A DNA stretch of 24,101 nucleotides from Candidatus Thorarchaeota archaeon (GCA_003345545.1 PRDH01000064.1:1-24101); one strand, 5' to 3'. Counted from the stretch's first letter, positions 9,066 through 18,032 are shown. Notes: generated by a model not told the origin, from the sequence alone. Numbers and translations are program-made.

Positions 9066-9160
9066 GAGCTGGTTGTCAGCCGACTTCCAGCACATTCGAG
9101 GAGTGAGATTACTTCGTGGTCTTGGCCCATTCATAGACAGGTTTACAGAACTCCTTCAAG
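9066..9160 (-). repeat. Dispersed junction repeat, copy A
   Basis: Plus strand: GCTGG-TT-GTC-AGCC-GAC-TT-CCAGC (9068-9091), then GAGATTACTTCGTGGTCTTGGCCCATTC, then N15 and AGAACTCCTTCA. Confidence 0.88.
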
Positions 9161-9226
9161 CAATCAGGTTTTTTCATGCTTTCGAACCAATACGGAAACA
9201 AGTCATTAGAGCTCATCTGTATAGGT

Positions 9227-10627
9227 TCAATGTCGAGATGACCAATTGGCCAGTTCCTTTGTAGTCTGACTTTTGATCACAGGATAATAAGTAACAAGCC
9301 GAAGATCATCTATCATAGACATTGGCGGAGTCAGCAGAATTACATCTCCAGATTCAATTAGATCGTTCTTATCATTTACAGGATTGATTCCACGATGAGA
9401 TCCACGTTCCATGAACTTAACGATAAACGCCCCAGGTTGGAATTCTTGGAAAAACCAAAGCTTGGTTGACAGTGCTTCAGTCATAACTTCTGTGCCAGTC
9501 TTGGCAAAGACCATGTGAACAATCACTGATTTGAGATGCTCGTCTGTGGTAAAACGATTCACGTCGCCCTTAGTCAAGGCGTGAATTGCATCTTCGACTG
9601 TTGCGCCTAAAGGAAGAGAAAGGACGGGGAACACTGTGTAAGCAAACAGCTGAGAATCCATTATTTCCGGAGAATCAGCGAAGGTATTTGTCTCATCCTC
9701 TACACTCAGTACTCCGAATGTCTGGATTGCTCCAGGTTTGGTTGCTTTAAGTAATGACCTAAGGGCAAGAGCATTGCGATGTTCGGGGTCGATTTTAAGA
9801 AGTCTATCAAGTAGTTGTCCACACCCTCTTCCATTTCCTAGCATGCAATGTACTCGGGCAAGATGCCATAATGCATCCTTGTTTTTCATATCTATATCAA
9901 GGATTTTTTTTAGATACCCCACCGAGTCAGCCAATGAGCCCTCCAGTATTCTAAGTCGTGCCAGTGATATTAGTCCTCTGATTTCATCGGGATTCCACTG
10001 CAGAATTTGATTGGCGATAGCCAGTGTTTCATCATAATACCCTGATGATAGATTGAGTTCAGCAAGCAGGCCCCAATTACGCTCTATATCCATCTTGCTT
10101 CCAAGCACAGCATTGATTTCCCTAGCTTCTGGTCTTCCAAGATGCCTGTAGCATTTCTGAAGATTCGTCCACAAATCGACCCGGCCAGGACTGAGCTTCA
10201 CTGCCCTAAGAAATGACCTGCGTGCTCCCTCGGAATCCTTACAACCTACTTGAGAAATACCCATGAGATTCCAAGTGTCTGAATCATCACTAGTAATTAG
10301 CAGAGCACGATCGAATGCGCTTTTTGCATTTTTTGGTTGGTTTAGTCTGAGTAGTGAATCGCCTCTCATCATGTAGAAACTGTGCAATACTTTGACTGCC
10401 ATATCAAACGGAAACATGCCGATTTCGTCAGGTTTCTTGTCCACTTCCACTTGAAGGATCTCAGCAGCTTTTTGAAGAGGTTCGATGGCTTCGGAATATC
10501 TCCCTGCTTGATATAGAAGTTCACCAAGGAGACCCTGTGACTCATGAGAATCCGGATTGTTCTTCACACGGTCCCTTGCATCTTTGATCATATATGACTC
10601 ATCAGTTGGCATAAGATGACCTCTCAT
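9227..10627 (-). CDS. TPR protein, paralog of 7388-8956, with C-terminal beta-grasp-like domain
   Basis: TPRs (LLGELLYQAGRYSEAIEPLQKA; DTWNLMGISQ; ALWHLARVHCMLG). C-terminal LSLPLGATVEDAIHAL...DLIESGDVILLTPP. Confidence 0.88.
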   Translation of the reverse strand: MRGHLMPTDESYMIKDARDRVKNNPDSHESQGLLGELLYQAGRYSEAIEPLQKAAEILQVEVDKKPDEIGMFPFDMAVKVLHSFYMMRGDSLLRLNQPKNAKSAFDRALLITSDDSDTWNLMGISQVGCKDSEGARRSFLRAVKLSPGRVDLWTNLQKCYRHLGRPEAREINAVLGSKMDIERNWGLLAELNLSSGYYDETLAIANQILQWNPDEIRGLISLARLRILEGSLADSVGYLKKILDIDMKNKDALWHLARVHCMLGNGRGCGQLLDRLLKIDPEHRNALALRSLLKATKPGAIQTFGVLSVEDETNTFADSPEIMDSQLFAYTVFPVLSLPLGATVEDAIHALTKGDVNRFTTDEHLKSVIVHMVFAKTGTEVMTEALSTKLWFFQEFQPGAFIVKFMERGSHRGINPVNDKNDLIESGDVILLTPPMSMIDDLRLVTYYPVIKSQTTKELANWSSRH

Positions 10628-10732
10628 AATCCTGATGTCATGGAAATCCTTGGACGCTGCCCTAAGGCTATGTTATTAGTTGGCCCGTATTTAAGACCTC
10701 TCAAGAATTACGTTCTGTACGAGCAGGTCCGT

Positions 10733-10750
10733 TCATCGTCTTGGCCAGTC
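10733..10750 (-). repeat. Dispersed junction repeat, copy F (core only)
   Basis: TTCATCGTCTTGGCCAGT versus copy D TTCATCGTCTTGACCCAT; lies a few nt after the LRR stop codon. Confidence 0.55.
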
Positions 10751-10753
10751 TTT

Positions 10754-11974
10754 CTATTTGGATGATTTCTTCTCAATTCTGTTTCTCAGTGATTCGAGAC
10801 CTTTGGGCCAAGTACCAGATGATTTTGCAGAATCAATCACAAGCCGAGTTCTCTTATCGACTGACAGGATCTCTAAATCGTGGCACCCCAAAAGCGGAGT
10901 GACATCAATCTCAGAAAAGCTGTTGTCTTTTAGTAACACTCTCCTGAGCGAAGAGCATGCTGCTAGAGGTGTAAAATCGATTGAATGAATAGCATTCTTA
11001 TTCAAGCTCATAACTTTGAGAGAGCTATTGCCCAACGGCGTAAGATCTATTTGGGTCAGGCTGTTCTCCAGTAGACTAAGATTCTCAAATGCCGGGCTAT
11101 TCGATAGAGGTCTTAAATCAATCTTCTGGAGCTTGTTCCCACCTAGCCACAGGACCCTAAGCCTACTGCAGGACTTCAATGCACTCAAGTCGATACTGTG
11201 AAGTTGATTGTTGGAGAAATAGAGCTTCTCTAACCCCTTGGATGACTCTAGGCCTGAAAGATCTAGAGACTGCAGTTGATTCTTGCTCAGATCCACCACT
11301 CTTAAGTTCTGCAAATCTCTCAAAGAACTAAGATTCAATGTAGTCAGCCTATTTGCCCTTAGATTGAGATGTGTAAGTCGCTTCATCTTGGAGATGGGAT
11401 TCATATCGAATTCATTCAGACCCATACTCCACAGATTCAGCACTCTCAACGACTCAGGCAATTGACTACTGTCAAGTCCTTGAAGATAGTTTTGGGCTAG
11501 CTGGAGTATCTCGAGGGACTTGCAGTGCTTCAAAGGTTGTAGGTCTAGATTCTGGATATTCGCATATCTCAAATCAAGACTCCTCAATGCAGGACATTTC
11601 GCCAAGGGCAAGAGATCAAGACCCCTACTTAGTAGATTTCTCTGGAGAACAATAGCCTTCAAACATGGATGTCCAGCGAGGGGCGAGAGATCCAATTCCT
11701 GCAGTTGATTATATCCAAGTATCAAGGTCTTGAGTTTCGTTGCATGAGCGAGCGCATCCAAATTGATACGCCCAATTTGATTCTTCGCAAGATTGAGTAG
11801 TCGTAGATTCTTCATTTCACGAATGTCAGTTAGTTCAATCTCCTTGATGGGTGCTGGACGTTGTCGAGAGAGATTAATGAACGATTCACCATCACTGTAG
11901 CGCCTGACTTCACTCTTTGTTTCTGGACCTCTTCCAATATACATCACATATGTCTTGAATGTAATCGCGGGCAT
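10754..11974 (-). CDS. Leucine-rich repeat protein (22-aa SDS22/internalin-like repeats)
   Basis: About 14 repeats of LxxLxLxxNxLxxIDLxPL; AGGAGGT RBS. Confidence 0.95.
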   Translation of the reverse strand: MPAITFKTYVMYIGRGPETKSEVRRYSDGESFINLSRQRPAPIKEIELTDIREMKNLRLLNLAKNQIGRINLDALAHATKLKTLILGYNQLQELDLSPLAGHPCLKAIVLQRNLLSRGLDLLPLAKCPALRSLDLRYANIQNLDLQPLKHCKSLEILQLAQNYLQGLDSSQLPESLRVLNLWSMGLNEFDMNPISKMKRLTHLNLRANRLTTLNLSSLRDLQNLRVVDLSKNQLQSLDLSGLESSKGLEKLYFSNNQLHSIDLSALKSCSRLRVLWLGGNKLQKIDLRPLSNSPAFENLSLLENSLTQIDLTPLGNSSLKVMSLNKNAIHSIDFTPLAACSSLRRVLLKDNSFSEIDVTPLLGCHDLEILSVDKRTRLVIDSAKSSGTWPKGLESLRNRIEKKSSK

Positions 11975-11986
11975 GTGTTGGACCTC

Positions 11987-12301
11987 CTACCATATTCTGA
12001 ACCCTTCGTTGCTCTCGCAGAAAGTGAGCAATGCTTGTAGATTGGACCATGTAATATCATCAATGCCATATCGATTTATTCCAGAGGATAGCACTTCATC
12101 AAGAGTACGGATTATCGCAAAATGCTTATTCCCGTCGATGAGGAGGCCATCATTCATTGATCCCTTCTCTTGGTCCTCTTTTGTGAGCTCGTGTACGTAT
12201 CTGCACAATTCGTTCCACAGAGGATACCATGAAACATTGTTGAAACTGAGATACAGCCCATTCTCATTGAGAGGATTTATACCCATTATGTCGAAGGTCA
12301 T
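11987..12301 (-). CDS. Hypothetical protein (104 aa), resembles a widespread phage-associated hypothetical family
   Basis: Pattern MxFDxxGxNPxNExGxY..N..W.PLW...C...NDG..ID...FCExxxGFxIW recalled from uncharacterised viral proteins (not searched). Ends 12 bp before the LRR start. Confidence 0.8.
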   Translation of the reverse strand: MTFDIMGINPLNENGLYLSFNNVSWYPLWNELCRYVHELTKEDQEKGSMNDGLLIDGNKHFAIIRTLDEVLSSGINRYGIDDITWSNLQALLTFCESNEGFRIW

Positions 12302-12476
12302 TCTGCTCAGCCTCTTTCTTGTTTATTATAGAGGTCAGCAATTGAAATGCAAATATCGAACTGCACCTCAATAACATCCAAATCAATAGTGATGTTCAGT
12401 CATTTAAATGGTCGCTATGAGCATTAGCTAGTGGCCAAAAGAAACCAATTGGAAATTCGTATAAATGGAAGGAGAA

Positions 12477-12566
12477 GAGCTGGCTCATCACACTAACCCA
12501 CCACTATGTTGTTTCATTTCATCGTCTTGACCCATTTGCAAGCAGAAGCGGAGAGCTCCTTCATAC
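12477..12566 (-). repeat. Dispersed junction repeat, copy D (hairpin degenerate)
   Basis: GAGCTGG...TCATTTCATCGTCTTGACCCATT-N15-AGAGCTCCTTCATAC; same spacing as copies A and H. Confidence 0.8.
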
Positions 12567-12580
12567 ATCTCCTCAGATAT

Positions 12581-12967
12581 TCAGTCCGGAGGTTCAAGGG
12601 CTTTGAATACATACTCTTTCGTATCCTTACTCAAAACAGCGGAGGCTATCAGGATTCCTTCTTCTTGGAGCATCTCCAAGCCGAACCCGATGGAAATTAG
12701 ACGTTTCAGATATCGAAGGGTGGCAATCACACTATCTATGGACTCCTGCATTGATGTCACGTCAGAAGTCTCTGGCAGGAAGGGCAGAGAAACCTCAATA
12801 TCAACATCAAGGTCCTCTGTCCTGTACTCATATCTCGTCAGGATGATGCGTACTGCGCTGGTTTTGAGTAGTACCTCTGAAACCTGATGCATCCGGTTGG
12901 GAGGGGTGAGGAAGAGGTCCCCTGAGGCGAACCTCCGGAACCGCTCCATCATCTCAGTTGAATTCAT
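12581..12967 (-). CDS. Hypothetical protein (128 aa)
   Basis: AGGAG RBS, 17 bp after the permease stop; protein-like alpha/beta pattern. Confidence 0.8.
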   Translation of the reverse strand: MNSTEMMERFRRFASGDLFLTPPNRMHQVSEVLLKTSAVRIILTRYEYRTEDLDVDIEVSLPFLPETSDVTSMQESIDSVIATLRYLKRLISIGFGLEMLQEEGILIASAVLSKDTKEYVFKALEPPD

Positions 12968-12984
12968 CTTGTGATTTCTCCTGA

Positions 12985-13776
12985 CTACAGCTCAGTTCTA
13001 TCAAACACAAAGAGGGAAATGAGTGAGAAAAGGACAATCTGAACAGACGCCGATAGGAGCATCCATTCAAGACCCTGAACGGGATCCCCTGTGACAAGAC
13101 CGATTCCCATCACTGGAAGGGAGTATGGAATCAGAAATAGGACTAAGGGGAAGAATCTCGCAACAACCTCTGCTACAATGCGCAGACCCACAACTGCTCC
13201 AAGTACCTTGCCTCTGCTGGTGGTAAGTGTACCCAGCATTACTGTCAGGCTGGCAAAATAAGCCACGAGAATACCGGTGAGCCCGAGGTTCATGAGATAT
13301 CCAGGTATATTCGGAGTGTAGCCAAATGCACTAAAGACCGCATATCCTATGAGACCGTTAATGACCACAGAGACTCCTATGATTGCCAGAATGCTGGCGA
13401 CCAACTTCGAGAGAAGATAGGCCTTCTTTGACACAGGTTTTGAGAGAATCCATGCCGCCGTGCCTGATAGTTTCTCATCGATGACGATGCCCTGCAACAA
13501 TACAGGGATGAAGATAGAAATGAGAAAGGACAACATGCTGTAGAATGTCACCAACGAGAGAAGATACGCTGATGACATCCCTTCAAACATACCAACAGGT
13601 AGACTGAGAAAGAGAGCAGTCAGCCCATTTGTAAATAGAGTCCAGACCAGTAGCTGCTGTATCCAGTACATCCTACTGCGTTCGTGATAAAGCTCGCGGC
13701 TGATCAGATTCTTCATCCCTGCGTACCAGGGCTCTGTATTGGTTCGGGGTATCGTTTCAGTTGTCACTTCTTTCAT
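12985..13776 (-). CDS. ABC-2 type transporter permease
   Basis: Six hydrophobic helices and IDEKLSGTAAWILSKPVSKKAYLLSKL motif. Start is ATG 13776 or GTG 13767, overlapping the ATPase end. Confidence 0.9.
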   Translation of the reverse strand: MKEVTTETIPRTNTEPWYAGMKNLISRELYHERSRMYWIQQLLVWTLFTNGLTALFLSLPVGMFEGMSSAYLLSLVTFYSMLSFLISIFIPVLLQGIVIDEKLSGTAAWILSKPVSKKAYLLSKLVASILAIIGVSVVINGLIGYAVFSAFGYTPNIPGYLMNLGLTGILVAYFASLTVMLGTLTTSRGKVLGAVVGLRIVAEVVARFFPLVLFLIPYSLPVMGIGLVTGDPVQGLEWMLLSASVQIVLFSLISLFVFDRTEL

Positions 13777-14746
13777 CCTCCACAAGTCTAAAGAAAATCT
13801 CTTCCAACTCATACTTCTTCATGCCAAATTCACAGACAGAGAGAGACCGATCTCTGAGAGTGAGCCTCAGGAGTTCCTCCTCTGCCATGGCTTCATCCCT
13901 GACAGAGACTAGCCATTTTGTCCTCCCATTCTGTTCCATAGTCTGCACAGAGTTCACCCATGACTGCTTGGTGATCAGGTCTTTAGCTCTCTGTGCGTCG
14001 CCCTTGAGGGTCATTGTATAGACAATGCCTTCTGCTCCTGCAAGAAGCTCGTTTAGAGGTGCACTTGCTACTAGACTTCCTCTGTTCAGAATTGCCACAC
14101 GGTCGCTGACTCTCTGCGCATCATCAAGGATGTGCGTAGAGTAGAAGATAGTTGCTCTACTTCTGAGAGACTGCATCAGATCAAGGACATCCTCTCTACC
14201 CTGAGGATCTAGTCCCGCCGCTGGCTCATCAAGGATGAGCAAATCTGGATCATTTATGAGGGCTTGGGCAATCCCAAGACGCTGTCTCTCTCCACCCGAG
14301 AAGCCCTTTGTCTTTCGGTCAGCATTTCGATCAAGCTCGACAAGATGTAGCAGTCTGTTGATTTTGTCCTCTAGCTGGTCACCGCCTCGCTCATAGAAGA
14401 ACCTGGCTGCAAATCTGAGTATCTGGCGAGGAGTCATGTACTGAGAGTACTGTTGATTCTGTGCCATGTAACCCACTCGAGAACGGATTTTTTTGTTCTC
14501 AGTTATGAGGTCATGACCAAGAATGGTTCCGCCACCCGATGTGGGTCGAGTCAGGCCTAAAAACAGCTTGATCGCGGTTGTCTTCCCAGCACCGTTTGGA
14601 CCCAGGAATGCGAAGACCGAGTTCTTCGGCACCTGTAAATTAAGCCCCTTCACCGCATGGAAGTCTCCAAAGGCCTTACTGAGCCCGTGGATCTCAATCG
14701 CGGTGCGGCTTTCATTTTCCTTCATTTTTTCTTGTGATTCCGACAT
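13757..14746 (-). CDS. ABC transporter ATP-binding protein
   Basis: Walker A GPNGAGKT, signature FSGGERQR, Walker B LLILDEP, H-loop STH. Confidence 0.97.
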   Translation of the reverse strand: MSESQEKMKENESRTAIEIHGLSKAFGDFHAVKGLNLQVPKNSVFAFLGPNGAGKTTAIKLFLGLTRPTSGGGTILGHDLITENKKIRSRVGYMAQNQQYSQYMTPRQILRFAARFFYERGGDQLEDKINRLLHLVELDRNADRKTKGFSGGERQRLGIAQALINDPDLLILDEPAAGLDPQGREDVLDLMQSLRSRATIFYSTHILDDAQRVSDRVAILNRGSLVASAPLNELLAGAEGIVYTMTLKGDAQRAKDLITKQSWVNSVQTMEQNGRTKWLVSVRDEAMAEEELLRLTLRDRSLSVCEFGMKKYELEEIFFRLVEDERSDN

Positions 14747-14873
14747 GGTGATTCACGATACAACCACGTGCAAAACAGGATATCTAGCTGCGTCAGGTAT
14801 GAAGTTGGCAGGAGTATCAGAAGAGGCTCAAAGAGCGTCAGTTTGTAAAGACAGCGCTTTACAGAGTGGCTGG
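14486..14873 (-). repeat. Duplicated segment, copy 1 (upstream region plus 5' end of ABC ATPase)
   Basis: Aligns colinearly with 16716-17067, for example TGCAAAACAGGATATCTAGCTGCGTCAGG is identical in both. Confidence 0.93.
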
Positions 14874-14964
14874 AATGAATCCATCCGAAACTCAAAGGCA
14901 ATTTATCGAGATCTTGCGGTGTGGTATCCCAGAGAACGAGAGAAGTTGGAAAATTAGGGGAGTT

Positions 14965-14995
14965 AAAAAAAGTGAAGAGGGCGGGAAGCCCTCTT
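14965..14995 (-). terminator. Hairpin plus T7 tract
   Basis: AAGAGGGC (14975-14982) / GCCCTCTT (14988-14995), then CACTTTTTTT on the minus strand, 3 nt after stop 14999. Confidence 0.75.
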
Positions 14996-14998
14996 AGA

Positions 14999-15754
14999 CT
15001 ACATTGATACTATTTTATCGCGGTTGAATCTCCTAATTGCAAGAACCCATGTGACGATTGCCAGCACAGATGCGATAAGTAGCGTGAAAATGTCAGACAA
15101 CCATACAAGGTTCATGTCCACATTTCCTGTATTGCTTATTGACAACATGGGTAGAATCAGGGGAATTAGGAGGACCATAACGACTGCTCCAGAGGCCTGA
15201 TAGGCCTCGTAGACACGCTTGACTCTCCCACTGATGAGAACCATCACTGATACTACTGCCGCAATGAGAATGGGACCTGCTACCAGAAGCAGAAACAGAC
15301 TGGATAATCCTGGAAAGAGGATTGCCTGAGCTCCCACAGACGTGAGTATTATGATTGTGGCAATCTCTGTGACAAGGACTGAACCAAGTAGAAGAGCAAT
15401 GGTCGGAATGAATGAGCTCAATACTTTGCCGATCAGGAGTTCACGATCTGTCAAGGGTGTGCATAGGAGAGCCTCAAGAGTGTTCTGTTCTTTTTCACCT
15501 ACAAGGGCATTAGCAGAGATCATAGACGCCGGAATGATGACCATGATTCCAATCACAGGTGACATCACTGGATCCAGCATTGCTATCATAGATGCTGCAA
15601 ATGCTGGTGCTGATATTGCGAACAGTAAGGCAAGTCCAATTAGCATAATAGGTGCCATTGCAGCCATCATGACCAGACCATACTTGACCATCTTCACTTT
15701 CATTGCCATTCGTAGGTCAGCTCTGGCAACGACCATCGATTTCCACAGAGCCAT
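14999..15754 (-). CDS. ABC-2 type transporter permease
   Basis: ALVGEKEQNTLEALLCTPLTDRELLIGKVL motif, six TM segments; TAATG coupling with the ATPase. Confidence 0.93.
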   Translation of the reverse strand: MALWKSMVVARADLRMAMKVKMVKYGLVMMAAMAPIMLIGLALLFAISAPAFAASMIAMLDPVMSPVIGIMVIIPASMISANALVGEKEQNTLEALLCTPLTDRELLIGKVLSSFIPTIALLLGSVLVTEIATIIILTSVGAQAILFPGLSSLFLLLVAGPILIAAVVSVMVLISGRVKRVYEAYQASGAVVMVLLIPLILPMLSISNTGNVDMNLVWLSDIFTLLIASVLAIVTWVLAIRRFNRDKIVSM

Positions 15755-16695
15755 TATTGGACACCTCCATTTATGACACCAAGGTACAGGTCTTCTAGTG
15801 TCGCCTCTTGTTCCGCAAATTCGATAATATTGACCCCATGCGACAATAGCGATTTCATTAGAGTTGAGTTATTGCCCATTGGGTCCTCAATAGTGACCTG
15901 GAGAGAGTCGACTTCCTTCTCAGCAGATGTCACGAATTTCATAGACTTGGCAATAGATAGAGCCTTCTCCAGATCATCGGTAACACGAATCGTGAAATTC
16001 TGGCTAGCCTGCAATTTAGACTGAAGCTCCTTGGTCTTGCCGCTGAGCAATATCCGACCCTTATCGATGATTGCAATCCTGTCGCAGATTCTCTGAACCT
16101 CCGCCAGATTGTGTGAGTTGATGAAGAAAGTCTGTCTGTATTTCTCGGCAAGACTAAGAATGAGTTCTCGAACCCTCTTGGCAGCAATGGGATCTAATGC
16201 AGATGTCGGCTCGTCCAATAGGATCACTCTTGGTCGGTGTAGTAATGCACGGCACAAAGCAAGACGCTGGCGATTGCCTGTGCTTAACTCCCCAGCAGGA
16301 TCATCCTTTCGTTCCCAGAGCCCCATGAAGCTCAGCAGCTCCTCTATCCTTTCTGGTATCTCCGCCTCAGGAATTCCATAGAGCTTGCCAAAGTACTCCA
16401 GATTCTCGTACGTTGACATTGCAGGATAGAGCGTATGATTGCTCTCTTCTGGCATTACGCCAATTATCTCTCGAACACTTACTGGTGATTCGATGATATC
16501 AAAGCCCCCTACAGATGCTGTGCCTTCACTGGGTTTGAGAAGTGTGCAAAGGAGTCGAATTGTTGTGGACTTACCTGCTCCATTTGGCCCTAGCAGTCCG
16601 TAGATCGAACCCTCAGGGACATTCAGCTCAATATGATCGACGGCCGTTAAGTCGTCAAATCTCTTTGTTAGATCTTCAATTATTACTTCATCCAA
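15754..16695 (-). CDS. ABC transporter ATP-binding protein
   Basis: GPNGAGKS, LSTGNRQR, ILLDEP, NSH; TTG start after GGAGGT. Confidence 0.96.
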   Translation of the reverse strand: MDEVIIEDLTKRFDDLTAVDHIELNVPEGSIYGLLGPNGAGKSTTIRLLCTLLKPSEGTASVGGFDIIESPVSVREIIGVMPEESNHTLYPAMSTYENLEYFGKLYGIPEAEIPERIEELLSFMGLWERKDDPAGELSTGNRQRLALCRALLHRPRVILLDEPTSALDPIAAKRVRELILSLAEKYRQTFFINSHNLAEVQRICDRIAIIDKGRILLSGKTKELQSKLQASQNFTIRVTDDLEKALSIAKSMKFVTSAEKEVDSLQVTIEDPMGNNSTLMKSLLSHGVNIIEFAEQEATLEDLYLGVINGGVQ

Positions 16696-16706
16696 TTTAC
16701 TACCTC

Positions 16707-16940
16707 CTAAACTAAGATTCTTTTGTTATCCATTGTGAGGTCATGACCAAGAATTATTCCGCCGCCCGATGTGGGTCGAGTTAGACCCAAGACTAGCTTG
16801 ATCGTTCTTGTCTTCCCAGCACCGTTTGGACCCAGGAATGTGAAGACCAAGTTCTTCGGTACCTCTTGATTACCAAGCCCGTAAGTTTCAATCGCAGTGT
16901 GGTCTTCATTTTCCTTCGGTTTTTCTCGTGATTCTGTCAT
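16707..16940 (-). pseudogene. Truncated paralog of the 13757-14746 ABC ATPase (77 aa)
   Basis: [36 protein letters not shown] matches the N-terminus of 13757-14746, with a net 12-codon deletion, and stops after Walker A. Confidence 0.9.
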
Positions 16941-17067
16941 GGTGATTCACAAGTGCAACATCTGCAAAACAGGATATCTAGCTGCGTCAGGCATGAAGTT
17001 GACAGGAATATCAGAAGAGGCTCCAAGAGAGCCACTTTGTAAAGAAGCCGCATTACAGAATGACTGG
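16716..17067 (-). repeat. Duplicated segment, copy 2
   Basis: 352 bp versus 388 bp for copy 1; the 36-bp difference equals the in-frame deletion. Confidence 0.93.
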
Positions 17068-17077
17068 CCGAGCCTAT

Positions 17078-17992
17078 CTAAATCCCTGCGGCCTGAATGG
17101 CCTCCTCAAGACGGAGTCTCTTGATGCTCTTGTAGTTATGTGAGGGTCTGTAGATGAAGGCTTCAGAATATAGTATGCCGGGGTGCGACTTAATCTCGGC
17201 TGTAATCGTGTCAACGTGATTCATGTTGTCAACAGTCACAGCAACCATCAGAATCGGGTCACTTGCAGAAGGAAGAATCTCCCATAATTCGTCCTGGTAG
17301 TTCTTCAACAGCATATCTGTGATTTCATTCCTTGAGGCTTGCTTTGGATCCCATTTCAGTCTTAGAAGAACGGTCACCCTATCACCCACGTTAAGATGCC
17401 ATCTCAGTCCGAACTTGATTGCCTCGCTCTCCTTTAGTTCTCGCAATGTCTTTCGAACGAGGCGCACTGTCAGACCAGTTTCTCTTGAGATGTCACTAAT
17501 CAACATCCTAGCATCCGTAAGGAGTGCTTTGAGGACCCTTAGCTGAAGATGCGTCAGGCTTGTTTTCTTACCTCGTGGTCTAAGTATAGTATGCATTTCA
17601 GTGGAACTGACATGGGGATTGCTCTTGAAGGCTTCAGAAAGAGCCGCCAGCTCGAGCGAGCTTGTATACTCCGCACCTACCAAATAGTCTCCTCCATAAA
17701 GGGGAGAAATCTGCATCACGCCTTTGTTCATTGAAATATCTGATATGAATTGCTCTCTGTCTTCTGCGGCATCTGTTTTAAGCCAGACCAGCATGACTTC
17801 AGAGCCAATCATGGCTGGCGCGAACTCAACAATGAATTCTATTATAAGTCCACTAGCGACTATATCATCGACTCTACTCTTAATGGCAGTAGCGGACATT
17901 CCTAGAGATTTGGCAATCTCTCGATACGAAGTTCTGCAGTCACTAGCTAGAATGCTAACTATCTGCTTGTCAATATGATCTAGTTTGGGCAT
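17078..17992 (-). CDS. Two-domain Lrp/AsnC-family transcriptional regulator
   Basis: LDHIDKQIVSILASDCRTSYREIAKSLGMS and a second HTH LQLRVLKALLTDARMLISDISRETGLT. ATG 17992 preferred over the longer ORF-track start. Confidence 0.92.
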   Translation of the reverse strand: MPKLDHIDKQIVSILASDCRTSYREIAKSLGMSATAIKSRVDDIVASGLIIEFIVEFAPAMIGSEVMLVWLKTDAAEDREQFISDISMNKGVMQISPLYGGDYLVGAEYTSSLELAALSEAFKSNPHVSSTEMHTILRPRGKKTSLTHLQLRVLKALLTDARMLISDISRETGLTVRLVRKTLRELKESEAIKFGLRWHLNVGDRVTVLLRLKWDPKQASRNEITDMLLKNYQDELWEILPSASDPILMVAVTVDNMNHVDTITAEIKSHPGILYSEAFIYRPSHNYKSIKRLRLEEAIQAAGI

Positions 17993-18001
17993 CAAAAGAA
18001 C

Positions 18002-18032
18002 TATCAATATGGAATTCATTAATGTATTGATA
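18002..18032. promoter_or_regulatory. AT-rich inverted repeat directly upstream of the Lrp/AsnC gene, candidate operator/promoter
   Basis: TATCAATA (18002-18009)-N15-TATTGATA (18025-18032), 10-40 bp upstream of ATG 17992. Confidence 0.5.

Noticed and set aside
14523-14957. Plus-strand ORF pair 14523-14957 / 16897-17124 sharing CKTGYLAASGMKL
   Set aside because: Similarity is explained by the DNA duplication, and both overlap ABC genes antisense.
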